Source of the DNA: Octopus bimaculoides
Taxonomy: Eukaryota
Assembly: GCF_001194135.2 (NCBI RefSeq)
Contig: NC_068981.1
Coordinates: 66,450,404-66,513,882, forward strand
Reading direction: 5' to 3'
Length of the DNA stretch: 63,479 nucleotides
Shown here: in pieces, positions 13,109-26,425 of the stretch
Layout of the letters: every line of letters begins with the position of its first letter
Numbering within the stretch: the stretch's first letter is position 1
Notes under the pieces: model-generated
What the model was told of the DNA's origin: nothing
Database searches by the model: none
The model's input: only the letters and a program-made list of their open reading frames with translations
Program-made: the position numbers and the translations under genes

Positions 13109-14339
13109 ACCATGGCACCAACACAAGGGGGAAGGGGTCATTCTCAACAAGACTAAAGAGTTCTATCTATTCTACACTTATTCAAGGCAATGTAACAGAG
13201 AGAATGAAAGAGAGAGAACCAGTGTGATAAACATAGAAACTACGATGAGGAAAACAGTGCTAGAGGCTGTATTAAAGGGCAAGAGACAGAAGTATGCAGC
13301 TTCATATTGGTTGTTGATGAAGAGATTGAATAGAAAAACAGAATGAGTGGTAATGTGGGGAAGAGAGATTCATAGCAAAGAGTTCATGTCTCAGTAGTTG
13401 CCTCTTTCTTGATCAGGTCCTTTGTCTTTGAAGCAATTGATGATGAAATAGCTATGCCAATCATTGAATATGACAGCTTCTGATATTACCAACTTAACTA
13501 TGTAATTGATTTCCTTTATTAGTTACTAGCGGGACCCATGAATATTTCATGGAATTAATGGCAAACCTATTGGGTTATTTCTGAAGATGTTATCCAAAAA
13601 ATTTGAAAGTGTAGCCTGTGTTGTGTCTGTATAAAAAGATAGTCGCTCATCTGTTACTCATTGAAAAGTGAAAGAAATTGGAATACGATGATTACTTAAT
13701 GCACTTTGTATATACACTTTATATACTTTATGCACAATTTTATAGACTTAATACACAGCACTCACAAAATAAATATTCACTCTTATTTTTCCATTTTTCC
13801 CCACAAACAAAAAAATAATCCCATACATATGATACAACCTTTAGTTAAATTGTATATAACTGCCACATAAATATTTCATAGAATTGCACTTATATGCATG
13901 CGTTAAGTGATAGGTGATATAAAAATCTTAGTTCAGTAAAAAAAAAAAAAAAAAAACTTTTCACTATACAATGACCGCCACAACCACCACCACCACCATC
14001 ATCTCTCTCTCTCTCTACCTTTCTTTAACCTCACCATCAGAACATCACCCCTTTGCTAAAATTATATTTTTAACTCTCCTCCTCTACCTTCAACTGACTT
14101 TTTTAACCACATAATATTACATTCTCCCTACCTCATGTCATGGATGCTTTTCTCTCCCACTTTCTGTCTCACTCTTTGCCTTATCCTCTTTTTCTCTTTT
14201 TCTTTCTCTTTCCCTTCAATTAATCACATGAATGCATTACAGTTACATTCCCTCTAACTCATCATGGATGCTTCTCTCTCCCTCTTTTCTTTCTCCCTTT
14301 TTTTTTTATCTCTAATCACCTGAAAGTATTAGCGACGGG

Positions 14340-14490
14340 CTAAGTAATGCAATGACAAACAGAATTATTATAAGATTTCTTTTAAGCCTCTCAGCAACTA
14401 CATCTGAGGGACCAGTTGCTTTCTCTGCTACCATATCCTTAATCATACTTTTGATCAAACAGCTGACAATCTCAACAGCTGTCTGCTCCA
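14340..14490 (-). mobile_element. Decayed RTE fragment
   Basis: Minus translation SMIKDMVAEKATGPSDVVAERLK resembles KAIKGMKAGKAPGPSGITAEMLK of the 54.8-kb copy. Confidence 0.5.
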
Positions 14491-16305
14491 ATCTATGTAA
14501 CTAAGAAAAAAAAAACAGGTTTCATTTCTTTGAAATGATAATGGTTAGCATCAGGAAAAGTATCCAGTGACAGAATCAATAATTCCAGCAAAAAACAAAA
14601 AACAAAAAAAAAAAANNNNNNNNNNAAAAAAAAAAAAAAAAAAAAAAAACACATAAGAACCATCAAAATCCCAGGTTTATGAGTTCAATTTTGGTTTAAG
14701 GATGTACCCCAATGATAAATGTTGGAAATATTATATAAAAAAAAACATCAAGAAAGAAATAACCTGTCAAAGAAACTAAGAAAGAAAAAATTATACTCTT
14801 CATTAAAGAAAACAATCGAAACATTAAATTAAAATCCCTTTGCTGATACTATTCAGGTTTTATAATTAACAGTAGGTTATATTTAAAATGTTTATTTAAT
14901 AACATAATACCATCCATAGAATATTATTATTGTGTAGTATACGAGGTCATTGCTTTCTCAACTCTGTACTGATTGTTTATAGTAGAGACAAATTGCCTTC
15001 AATGTCAAGGGTTTCAAGTGGAGAGTTGAAATTTAGAGAAATAATGTCTATGCTATGATAAAGAAATGTTTTATCTTCTGTGAGGTGCTGAATTAAAAGA
15101 AAGTGTGAATGATGAGGCTTTCCTTAGTTGAAAGTATAGGTGAAACATTATCTATAAGATGATAGAATGCAAATAAATTAAGTGTAAAAGCACTATCAAA
15201 TTGTAGAGCTACATATGTAAAGAACAACACTAGTGGGATGAAAAAGTGCCATAAATTATGTGACAGCAGCTGACAACTAGAGTGCAAATAAGCTAAGGAA
15301 TACTTGATTAGAGTTAAGATATAATTTTATAATGTTCCTAAGATATGTCACTATATTTAGTGAAGTCATCAGAGGTTGCAGACACCAAACTTATGTCAAC
15401 TATCTACTGAGATACAACTTTAAGGAAAGGTAGTAAGAGGAAAGAATATATAAAAATAATTAAAATAAAACTCAAAGAAAAACAGAAGAAAATGAAAATT
15501 TTGATTTTAAATCTTTCCATGCTACAATTGAACATGAAGGCTAATAAAAATTCCCTGGTAGTTGTATACATCTGAACTAAGACAAAGGTTAAATAAATAG
15601 TAGCAGCTTCTATTTATATAAATACTATATTATCAACAACACCATAAAGGACACAGTTCCACATTGTATATCAGTGCACTTTAGCACAAACAGCAACAAA
15701 ATAATAATTATGAATGGGTTGTTTTTAGAACAAACTTTAGAAGCCCATTCACAACCTTAGTTGAAATACCAGACAGCTATTACTGGAATATTTAAAGAGA
15801 AGATTACCAGTCTGTTGAACTGTAAGACTAAAATCTTGTGAATAATTAGTACTTTACTGTGCACTAAGAAGGACTGAAAGACTACTTAAGATAGTTCAAA
15901 AGCATCTAACTACACCTTAAAATTGATCATACAATTATATGTCCAGTTATTAGCATGTTCACACTTTGAAATTCAAAGTGTTTACTCAAAAAACCTAGTA
16001 GCTTGAATGTAATGTATTTAGATGTTAATATGGACATACATTTGTGGTTGGTTTTCATCATAATTAAAATAGGAAGAACAAATTCTTTATTATCTTCAGA
16101 CAAAATGAACAAAAATTTTTAAATGTCAACGAAAATAATTAGAGGAAGACTGTGAATACTGATGAAAAAGTGAACTGTTTAGACCAACCTTTGTACCCTT
16201 GCGTAACCCTTAAAATAAATTACATGTCTCAAGGAACCCCTGCATAAAAAAATTATATACCATATCTTTCTCTATTTTTTTCATCGTAGTTCATGTGGTA
16301 AATAT

Positions 16306-16461
16306 CAGGAGTGGTTGTGTGGTAAGAAGCTTGCTTACCAACCACATGGTTCTGGGTTCAGTCCCACTGCATGGCACCTTGGACAAGTGTCTTCTACTAT
16401 AGCTTCAGGTTGACCAAAGCCTTGAGTGGATTTGGTAGACGGAAACTCAAAGAAGCCCATC

Positions 16462-16518
<57 letters not shown>

Positions 16519-16720
16519 TGTGTGTCTGTGTTTGTCCCTCCACCATCGCTTGACAATCAATGTTGGCGTGTTTACATCACCATAACTTAGTGGTTCAGCA
16601 AAAGTGGCCGGTAAAATAAGTACTAGACTTACAAAGAATAAGTCCTGGGGTCAATTTGTTCGACTAAAGGTGGTGCTCCAGCATGGCCACAGTCAACTGA
16701 CTAAAGCAAATAAAAGAATA
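16306..16720 (+). mobile_element. Full-length tRNA-head SINE (family A)
   Basis: caggagtggttgtgtggtaag (A box), gggttcagtccc (B box), (TA)n hinge, 3' module, A-rich tail. Confidence 0.85.
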
Positions 16721-16780
16721 TATTTTTTTGATAACATAATAGGTTTGATAGCATGATGTCTAGATTACAATAAATAATAA

Positions 16781-16888
16781 TGGAGCCTGGTGTTGCCATC
16801 CGGTTTCACCAGTCCTCAGTCAAATCGTCCAACCCATGCTAGCATGGAAAGCGGACGTTAAACGATGATGATGATGATGATGATGATG
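16781..16888 (+). mobile_element. Very short (~100 nt) young RTE tail insertion
   Basis: tggagcctggtgttgccatcc...aaacgatgatgatg; near-identical to 131-228. Confidence 0.85.
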
Positions 16889-17064
16889 TTGTGCATGCAT
16901 AGTAATATTACAATCATGAAATTAGCATTAGCTTATCTCACATTTTCTTATGGAACCACTAGGAACCTTTTGTGGAACCCAGGTTGAGAAACGCTGATTT
17001 AGACAATAACTATAGGAAATTGGGAGAACAAAAAAAAAATTTGTTGATGCAAATAGCAGATAAA

Positions 17065-17268
17065 TTAACTCTTTTGATATCAAGCCCCCTAAGACCACCT
17101 TTGGCTTTACGATATGAACATCCTATTTTAAATTAAAACCCTTCATTTTAATTTAGGTCCCAAACACCTTAATGCTGATAAAATTATTTCACTAATTTTT
17201 CCATTATTTTCAAAATGAATTGAATCAAAGCAGAATTTCAACAGAAATATGCAGACAAAAGAGTAAAG
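17065..17268. mobile_element. Probable piggyBac-type MITE
   Basis: TTAA|ctcttttgatatc ... cagacaaaagag|taaa; degraded short TIRs with a TTAA-like TSD. Confidence 0.4.
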
Positions 17269-19280
17269 GTAAAGAAATTACCAACAACCAAGAGGTAGCC
17301 TCTAGAACTGCCTGACAAACAAATTTCAGACTAATAGTTTGGCCATCATGATGTTCTTGGTAGTAGTTACTCAAATGTCACCCTATTTCACCTCTATACA
17401 TCACACTGCAAATAATGAAGTAGATGAAGAAACTCTTAGCATGTTAAAATAGAGGAAGTTATGATGTGTTCCCGTACCTAAACCATAACTTTTTCTATGC
17501 TATTGTTTCTCTCAATGAACAAAAAAGGAGAACAAAAAACTCATACAGGAATTTAACTCAAATATTCTAAGATTTCTATTTTGGGCTCTCCACAAACTAA
17601 TAAAGTTAACTATGCAAGAATAAATAACAAAATAGTTTTTGTTAATACTTCAACTAAATAACGTGCACTAATACACAACAATAATCTTCTCAACAGATGT
17701 GTATATGATAATGTGTATCCCCCACCCACAACACATGGATCATTTGAGCTGCATGTATTTTAGATGTTTCTAGTTAATCAGTTGAAGTAGAAAATACACT
17801 GATAGACAGTATATTTACACTTGATGGCACATAAATCAATATTACAAGTTAAAATTTCTTCCAATCGAATACTAAAAATGAATGTTTTTAAATACAATTT
17901 ATACTTTCATTTATTTTTGAGGTGGCTAGATTATTGTTGGAACTAAACTTGTTCTTCTTTGTAAACATTTAAATGCCCCTAACAGAAAAGTTAACAGACA
18001 CAGTCAAAGGTACATGCCTGAGCAACAGAAAGACAATATAATGGAAGTCAAAAATAACTGCAAAATCAATTTCCACAGCTCTGCATGGGCTTTCTGCAAT
18101 GAGCTGCTTATGACATCATGTTTAGATAAAAACCACTTCGTACAGGTCATCAGTTTTTTTAGGTGATGGTAAAGAAGTATTCACTATTTGTAGAGGTATA
18201 ACAAGGAAGGCTAATGTTTACACAGGTATTTAAACATAGACAATAGAAGATATAAAGCAAAAGATGTAGGTATTTATGGTATCCACCAATAATCTAATCC
18301 AGTACAATTTCACTGGTCCCATTCTTTACTTAATCCCTTTGTTACAATCAACTGTCCATATCAGAATCCTTTTGCTCCCTACCTAAATAGCTTTCATTTT
18401 CTCTCATCACTTCCTGAGCTTATTGTTAAACATAAGAGACACACACAAGTGAAACATTTCAAAGGTCCTCTTACACACATGCCTAGTACTGTCGTGATGC
18501 ACATAAAAGAGCTTTGTCATTTTGTTAGTGCCTGGCCTGTAAAGTTTAAGTAAATATGTATCATTGTAATAGTCATGAAATAAACTACATATTAAAATAT
18601 AGAGAAAATAGTTTAATATTGTAATCTATAATTCCATCTACAAATACATACTAGGTGAGTGGGTGGATGGATGGATAGATAGACAGATAGAGGTAAAGTG
18701 TGTGTGTGTGTGTGTATGAGAGAGAGACAGAGGTATAGGTACAGACATAACTGCATGGTTAAAAAGTTCACTTCCATTGCACAGTACCTTGGATAGGTGT
18801 CTCCTACTATAACAGTGAGTTGACCAATGTCTTGTGAGTGACTTTGGTGAGTGAGAACTGTATGGGAGCCTATCATATGTATATGAGTAAGAGAGAGAAA
18901 GAGAAAAAGAGAGGGAGAGCATGTGTGCATGTGAACACTAACATTCCACAGGTTTGCTAGACACTGAGTGAAAAAGTGCTAAGTTTAACACTGATATCAT
19001 GGACAGCTGCTTTGTGCTTTCAAACCAATGATATAAAAAAATGTTACTTGAAAAACAGGTAAAGGTTCGTGATAGGAAGAGCCCGACTGTAAATTCTTGC
19101 CTTAAATAAATCCTCATCCAGCTTACGCTAGCATGGAAAAATGGACATTATACAAATGTGTGTGTGTGTGTGTGTAAAAACAGGAAGGACATTTAGCTAT
19201 AGAAAATCTACTGCAATAAATTCCATTTCACTCATGCAAACATGGAAAAGAGTATGTTAAATGATGATTATGTGAAGATA

Positions 19281-19319
<39 letters not shown>

Positions 19320-21078
19320 TTAAAGAATGTAGTTGTGTAAAGCCAGAAGTTGCAGTTTTACCTTGCATTTCTATATTCCGGGCTGAAGAACCCTTCTTCA
19401 GGACATTCAGAGAAGCAGTGGCTGGAGAAAATTTCTTTTCAAATTGTAGTATATTTTGTACCTTCTTGAATTGTTCCTACTTTACACAACTACATTCTTT
19501 GAATTATTCTTCTCAATTCTTCACAAAAACTACTACATTTTAATATATATACAGAGAGAGAGAGAGAGAGAACACAAATGGTATTTAAAAAACATCTCAC
19601 CTGTTTAAAATTTAACCTGAAGTTGGTGGATTATATGTTATGATATAATCTATGAATACATCAATAAAATTCTGAAACAGCTGTCATAAATTTTAAATGT
19701 CATTTGTGTTCTCTTTTTATACCTACATCACACCTGAAACCAACCCCAGAGACAGATCTACAGTTTAAACTGGAGTTGATACTTATATATCTATAGTATC
19801 GTGTCAATACTTGATACTTTCATTGTTTTCCTCACCATGTTATTGTACCTAGCCATTTCTAGTGTACATGTTTATGTGCCTAGGTTCTATTGAATCTCTA
19901 TCACTATATATATCTTAGTGAAATTTGAGATATACCACTAAATAATTATAATTACCTATTTACGGCACTTACCATTCTATCAAAGGTTTTCTTTAGTATG
20001 TAATCAACAACATTGACCTTTTAATTCTTTTCTTTTTTTATTATTTTTGTTCAAGATAAAGGGAATTCTTCCTTTTCACAAGCTAACGATGATGCACTTC
20101 AGAGTCATTCAGAGAACCATACAACCATGGTAAAGGGACTGTGCCTCTGTAGATTATACTCAGACACACAATTTGAAATGCTTAATGCAGTAATGTTTGA
20201 ATTATGAAACTGTGCTTGGTCCAACATGAATCATATTTTTTTAATAAACTCTGATCAAAACTGAACAAAATTCAAAGCCATTTAATTAATTTGGTACCTG
20301 TGCTATGCTGTCAGAGATCTGGTATATATTCCAAGAGTATAACAATCTTTTTTTTTTGACTCTCATAGCTGGATGGTTGGGAATGGGAAACAGGATTACA
20401 AAAATGAGGTGGTATAGATTCTAAATGAATGTGCTTTGCCATACTGCAGACCAATCTAGTGATCCCAAAATGGAAAAACAATTGTACAGATGATAACAGT
20501 TTTACACACACACACACACATATTTAACAAGCTGTATTAGTGGAGTATAAATGTATTACAGGAAGAAATGAACCAGTGAAAGCTGTAGACCTTTTCAGTT
20601 AAATTCCATACAATTAGTGAGAAAGCAAATACTAGACACTTTATTGCGGATATCACCCTCAAAGTTTTTCTTGTATACATTATATACTTTGTTTTCAGGC
20701 ACAAACTCTTTCAATGTCTATTAGAGAATTTCAAGTACAATGATATTGTAACTTAACATGTAGGTGCACACACACAAACATCTATATTTTCCCTAAAATA
20801 GCAATACAGCAAAGCCAATCAATGTAAATAAGAATGTGTCAAATACCTCTTCCATCAACCAAATAATTCTCTCTCTCTTTCTTTCTTACTCCAAACCAGA
20901 AAATATATTCTACCTATGACAATCTTCATTATACCTTCACACAAATTTCATAAGAAAAGAAGTGGTAATGATTTTCTTTCCTTCCCTGAGCATCTGTTAA
21001 TACTTTGCATGTACCATGTCCTTATGTTGTTGTTTTTTTCTTGTCTTTTCTTCATTTTTTGGGGGGGGATTAACTATG

Positions 21079-21117
<39 letters not shown>

Positions 21118-21416
21118 ATATATTTATATATATAGTCAGGATTGAATAAAAAGACAACAAACGGAAAATACGACGTGCGTGTGTGTGCATATAAATTTTA
21201 AAAAACATGTAAATAAACATACACATATATACTAAATACACAGACGAACAGAAAATACAAGGTCACCAACTCCTCTTCAGTTATCAGCCACAGGGTCAAA
21301 GTGCAATTTCAGCCACTATTGATAATATTGTTTCCACTCTGGAGGCACTGGCAAGAAACTTGCTGGGAATAGGACCAAAACATAAGATGGGACAGGCTCA
21401 AGACAAGACCATTAGT

Positions 21417-21480
21417 TGGAGTTATGAACTCTTTTTCAACAGGACATAAACTTCCTGTTGAAAAAGAGTTCATAACTCCA
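21417..21480. repeat. Perfect 28-bp inverted repeat with an 8-nt loop
   Basis: tggagttatgaactctttttcaacagga-cataaact-tcctgttgaaaaagagttcataactcca. Confidence 0.97.
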
Positions 21481-22568
21481 CTAAAAAGATTTGTCTCCCC
21501 TTACACAGACTTCCTGTTTTGACATCACACTTCCTGCTTAACACAAACTTTTAGCTCTTTTTTAAACCTAACACAACTCTCAATTCTCATGCATCCTTAT
21601 TTTTCCAACCATTATATACATGAACTACCATTGAACTTCAAAAGCTCAAAGACAATATAATGTATTGGTATATTTATTTTTTTATATATTATTTTTTTAT
21701 ATATTATTTTCTTCATTTTGTACTTCTTTGTAAAAAAACATTTTCATTCTCCCTCTTCTTGAAAATTTGCTATACAATGAAAGCCGGTTAGAAATATTTA
21801 TTAAAATATGCTTCCAGTTTAGCATTCTGCCTTATTATTATTTTTCATTTTCATATATATATATATATATATATAAAACGAAGGATATTTTGACTGAGCA
21901 GCCTGGTTTAAATGTGGCTCAGGGTTAGTTCTCAACTCTTTCCAGAGTATTAAAGTAGATAGGTAACTTACTGCCTCTGAATAGGATCTGTTAATGATAG
22001 TTTTACACATGAGTGGGTGGCTTAACTTGGCACTTCAAGCCAACAAAATACTTATTGCACTAATCAAGATGTCATCTTAGATTGGATTTGGTTTTATGAG
22101 AGATCAATATCTCAGTCATGAAAAAAATAAAATGTACAGCCCAACTATTGACCCCTACAGATTGTATGGTTCTCTATAAATTAAAAGGGTAGCTATTTTC
22201 ACTTGACCACTGAAAATGAAATGAAAGGAAAAACCAAACAAAAAACTAGCATGCTCACAGATAGACATCTAGATATATGAAATCAGAGAGATATATAAGA
22301 ATGTAGATCTTTCTATATTGGTCAGAGCAGAGACACTAGTTGGAAATACTGAAAAAGCATGCAGCAGGGATTTTCAGAAATGACAAAGGTGAAAAGTTTA
22401 GGCTTATCTTTAAAAGCCAGAGATGATATTCAAACAGACACAAACAATCAGATCAAAAAGCAACTGGCATCTTAAATAAATATCAGGGGAATAAATACAT
22501 TGTAAAACAAAGAAAAGAGGGACTAACTGAATAGGTGGCGGCATGTAGTTGGATTTATAACATTTTTG

Positions 22569-22605
<37 letters not shown>

Positions 22606-23785
22606 TATATATATATATGGTTACAAGTAACAATAGAGATTATAGCTAAATACCTGATTTAGCTATATGCTCTTTTGTTTAAAATTATTTTAGGATCAGA
22701 CAGACTGGATTTGAGAAAGATTTGGCTGATTTTTCTAGCACATAGAGATTCTCCCATTGGTGTAAGCTTTCTTGTTATCATGTGTCATCAGAAAATGCTC
22801 ACAGAAGAGAAAAACTGAGAAAGACATGGGAAAAAAAATCAGGTTCTCAGTCCTTGAGACAGTTGGACTTCAGAGAGTTAGAAGATAACAAGATTATGAA
22901 ATAATAGCAAAACACCAAACTGCAAATTCCCTCATCCAACCATGTCAAAATGGAATAAAAGGATGCTACAATAATGGTGATGATAATAAGGATGAATAGA
23001 TGTCTCAGAAAATATTGGGCTTCATTTAATTGACTATATTTCACGCAGCAAAAATTAGTTTTCTATCTTGTCAGTGGATATGTTTTCAAGACAGTGGAAA
23101 TATATGATAGCTACTGTGAACTATGTTTGATGTTTCACACTAACAATTCTGCATTTCAAGTAATACTAAATAACTGTAAATTACAAGGGTTGGGAGAAGG
23201 GTGTTGTTTTTAATAGCTTAATCACAGAAGGAGACAGTAAACTGATAGGGTTATTAGAGCAAAATGCCTTGCAGTATCTGTTTCAGCATTTATGCTTCAA
23301 GTTCAAATCCTGCCATGGTCAACTTTGCCTTTCATCTTTCGGGGGTCAATAAATAGAATACTGTTTAATACTGGAATCTATTCCTCCTACTTTCCTTCCT
23401 TCTCTCTCTCAAAACCAGCTACAATGCACTGTCAAAAAAGGGTTGTGGCAGATCCCTCACAGTATTCCTTTCTCCAGAAATGGGGAAGAGTTAGGCAAGG
23501 GACCAAGAACAATTTCTCAGAAAAACTGATATGCTACAAGGGCCATCCAAGAACAAGCCAATGTGCAGTAAAGCATGGAACAGAAATAAAGGGAAATACA
23601 AAGAAGTTACGCAAGCCCCATCACAAGGGTGAAGATGAAGGGAGATTGAGGTACTGGTGTTAAAAACAAGGTAACATTAACTCTAACTCTCAAATATGAT
23701 GGTGATACTCTATCCTCTATTTCTTTCAGTTAGGCATTTATTCATTTCTATATAATTCTTGATTATTCATTTGTCATATTTAGTT

Positions 23786-23842
<57 letters not shown>

Positions 23843-24289
23843 TTTTTCTCTGCTGTCTGCTTGGCAGCAAAAGTCAAGATAGCTGAGATAAAAAAACAGC
23901 AGACACTGAAGAGTATCAGACTGGATATTTTGCAGAACTGACACATGCATATTGTTTCAGATTTCAAAGACCTGCTGGGCAGAAAGGGGCTAATCAAATT
24001 AGTTCCCATAAATTAGTACCTAAATTTCTTATATCATCATTACATGTAAATTAAATCATAAACACACATATACTGTTCAATGTATCTCATGTTAACCTAG
24101 GCCCCTCCAGCTAAAAATAAAAGAGAAAAAAAGACAAAACAGCAACATGAATATCAATGTAACATAACCACATAATGGACAATATATATATATATATTAT
24201 TTCTAAATCTCTCTAAAGGGGACTACAGCAGCAGTACTGGGTATTAATAGTTATCGCCAAGCCAACATGGGAGTCCAGAAAAATAGGAC

Positions 24290-24550
24290 GAATGCTGCCA
24301 TTGATTAGCTCCAAGAGACCATTGCCTCTAGCTAGCTATGTGACACACAAACCTGTGTCCATTACAACCTTCGAACAAGGGACTACTCCACATTGGTAAA
24401 GAGCAAATACCCTGAAACTAGTCTGTGGATGTCTGAAACACATGGGGAAGCTGATGACCTCCCCTGTTCGAAGGTTGTAATGGACACAAGTTTGTGTCAC
24501 ACAGCTAGCTAGAGGCGATGGCCTCTTGGAGCTAATCAACAGCAGCATTC
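24290..24550. mobile_element. Fold-back element (about 90-bp arms) with a decayed minimal hammerhead in the loop; Penelope-like
   Basis: gaatgctgccattgattagctccaagag...ccttcgaaca pairs with tgttcgaaggttg...ctcttggagctaatcaacagcagcattc. The loop contains CCACA ttggtaa agag..ccct GAAA CTAG TC TGTGG. Confidence 0.6.
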
Positions 24551-24668
24551 NNNNNNNNNNNNNNNNNNNNNNNNNNNNNNNNNNNNNNNNNNNNNNNNNN
24601 NNNNNNNNNNNNNNNNNNNNNNNNNNNNNNNNNNNNNNNNNNNNNNNNNNNNNNNNNNNNNNNNNNNN

Positions 24669-24713
<45 letters not shown>

Positions 24714-26189
24714 AACTCGTTACACTAATTATTTTAAAACTATTATTACAATAATTACTAAAGCAAAACAATACATATGAAAAAATTGCAACATTAGCAG
24801 AATACATGAAACAGTTATTAAAAATCAGGAAATGAATAATTTTTACTTAATTTGATCTGCAAAGATGATTTATGCTAAATGTGTTTGTCATTATAGTTAG
24901 AATGTAATATGATATGAACAGATACTAAAGCTACCTAACATCTTTTGACACAGATAGCCAAGAGACATTTGAGCAATTTATGACTATTCCAAATACTTTT
25001 AGTATCTGAGAGCCTACTTTTTGTTCCCTGAACCATAAAGGATCTAACATATCTAAATTTCACACAATGTACTCTTGGTATAGATACTTTATATGTTGAC
25101 AACAACTACCTTATTATGAACTAATATGAAATGCAAACAATAAGGTCCCTCCCATCCAAGGTTATTAACTCTTGTAAATTGATCATTGAATCACTGACTG
25201 CATAATGTAAAATTTAAAACAAAACCCAAAGCCAATGCCTTGTGCTTGTTAAGCAAGGCATATAGCTGCTTGTTTAAGCATGCCAGTTAGATTACAGATT
25301 ACACCTATTTCATGGTTAAGTGGTAAGCTATAAGGAAGGTATCCAACTGTAAAAACAAGTGCTTCAACAAAAACTCATCCTACCTATACTACACCCATAC
25401 TTCTGCTACCTTCTTGACAGCAAAATGGATTAAATTCCATAAATATGACAAGGTCCAGTTGAACACAACTTTTTGACAGTCTGAGGTGCACAAGCATGGA
25501 AGAGTGAACATTAAAAGTATGATCAAGAACGAAATACAGAAGAGAGTGAGAGAAACAAACACTGAAACACTTACCACATAATCAATCTGAAACTCTACTA
25601 TAGATATCGTGTTGTAATCAAAGAACATAATTCTGCTTGCCTAACAAGTTGGTTTCCCTTCAGCTGCACATTTAGTGTTTAACAATAAAAAGGAGTGTCC
25701 AGTTACAAAATAAACAACCTAACAATATACAAATATTCAAATTGTTCAACTGACAATTCACTAATAACCTTCCCATTTTGCTTTTCTCATCCATTGTATC
25801 AAAATGCATTACTCAGTGACTTTCATTTTTTTTTTTTTTACATTTCTACTCCACCCAAACATACCCCTTTTTCATGTATTTTCTACCCCCAAAAATGGTA
25901 AAAGGTGATACAAAGGAAATGTGGTAAAGTGAACCAGTCAAATAAACATGTAAAGACTTCTTTGGTTTATTTAATCAGAGTTAATCTGGGGCTAGATAAC
26001 TCAGACTTTCACATTCACATTGTTACATAATAGAAGAAATATAAACTTGTGAAAAACCCATACTCATGTGATGTATATTATAATATTATATTAGAAAAAC
26101 AAAAGTATATCTAAAATGAGGATCTATTGATCCCACTGAATCATAGCAAATATACTGATCTTCTGTGATCAAAGTATTCTTTTGATGTT

Positions 26190-26425
26190 TCCTCCAGAAT
26201 AAGGTGTTGCCTATGTGCCACATAAAAAGCTTCGGTGTAGGTGCTGGTGTCACATAAAAAGCACCCAGTACACTCTGTAAAGTATTGGTATTAGGAAGGG
26301 CTTTCAACCATAGAAACCAAGCCAAACAGACTATGGAACCTGGTGTGGCCCCTGAGCTTGCCAGTTTCTATCAAGCCATTCAGTCTATGCCAACATGGAA
26401 AATGGATGTTAAACGTTGATGATGT
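26190..26425 (+). mobile_element. Older RTE 3' UTR copy
   Basis: aaaagcacccagtacactctg...catggaaaatggatgttaaacgttgatgatg. Confidence 0.7.

Larger units (their letters stand above)
16185..16996. mobile_element. hAT-type MITE with nested SINE and RTE-tail insertions
   Basis: Right end GTTGAGAAACGCTG (hAT TIR). Flanks gtttagac (16177-16184) and atttagac (16997-17004) form a near-perfect 8-bp TSD. Left TIR is truncated. Confidence 0.55.

Noticed and set aside
14100-14325. Diverged ~110-bp pyrimidine-rich tandem duplication (two copies of tcatggatgctt...taatcac)
   Set aside because: Low-complexity local duplication with no coding or structural signal.
16306-16385. A-box/B-box motifs suggesting tRNA genes (many copies)
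   Set aside because: They are SINE heads with no cloverleaf or anticodon arm, and they continue into the SINE body.
23785-24009. ILTFAAKQ resembling the ARL5 VLIFANKQD motif
   Set aside because: It lacks NKxD, the flanking sequence does not match, and there are no suitable splice sites.
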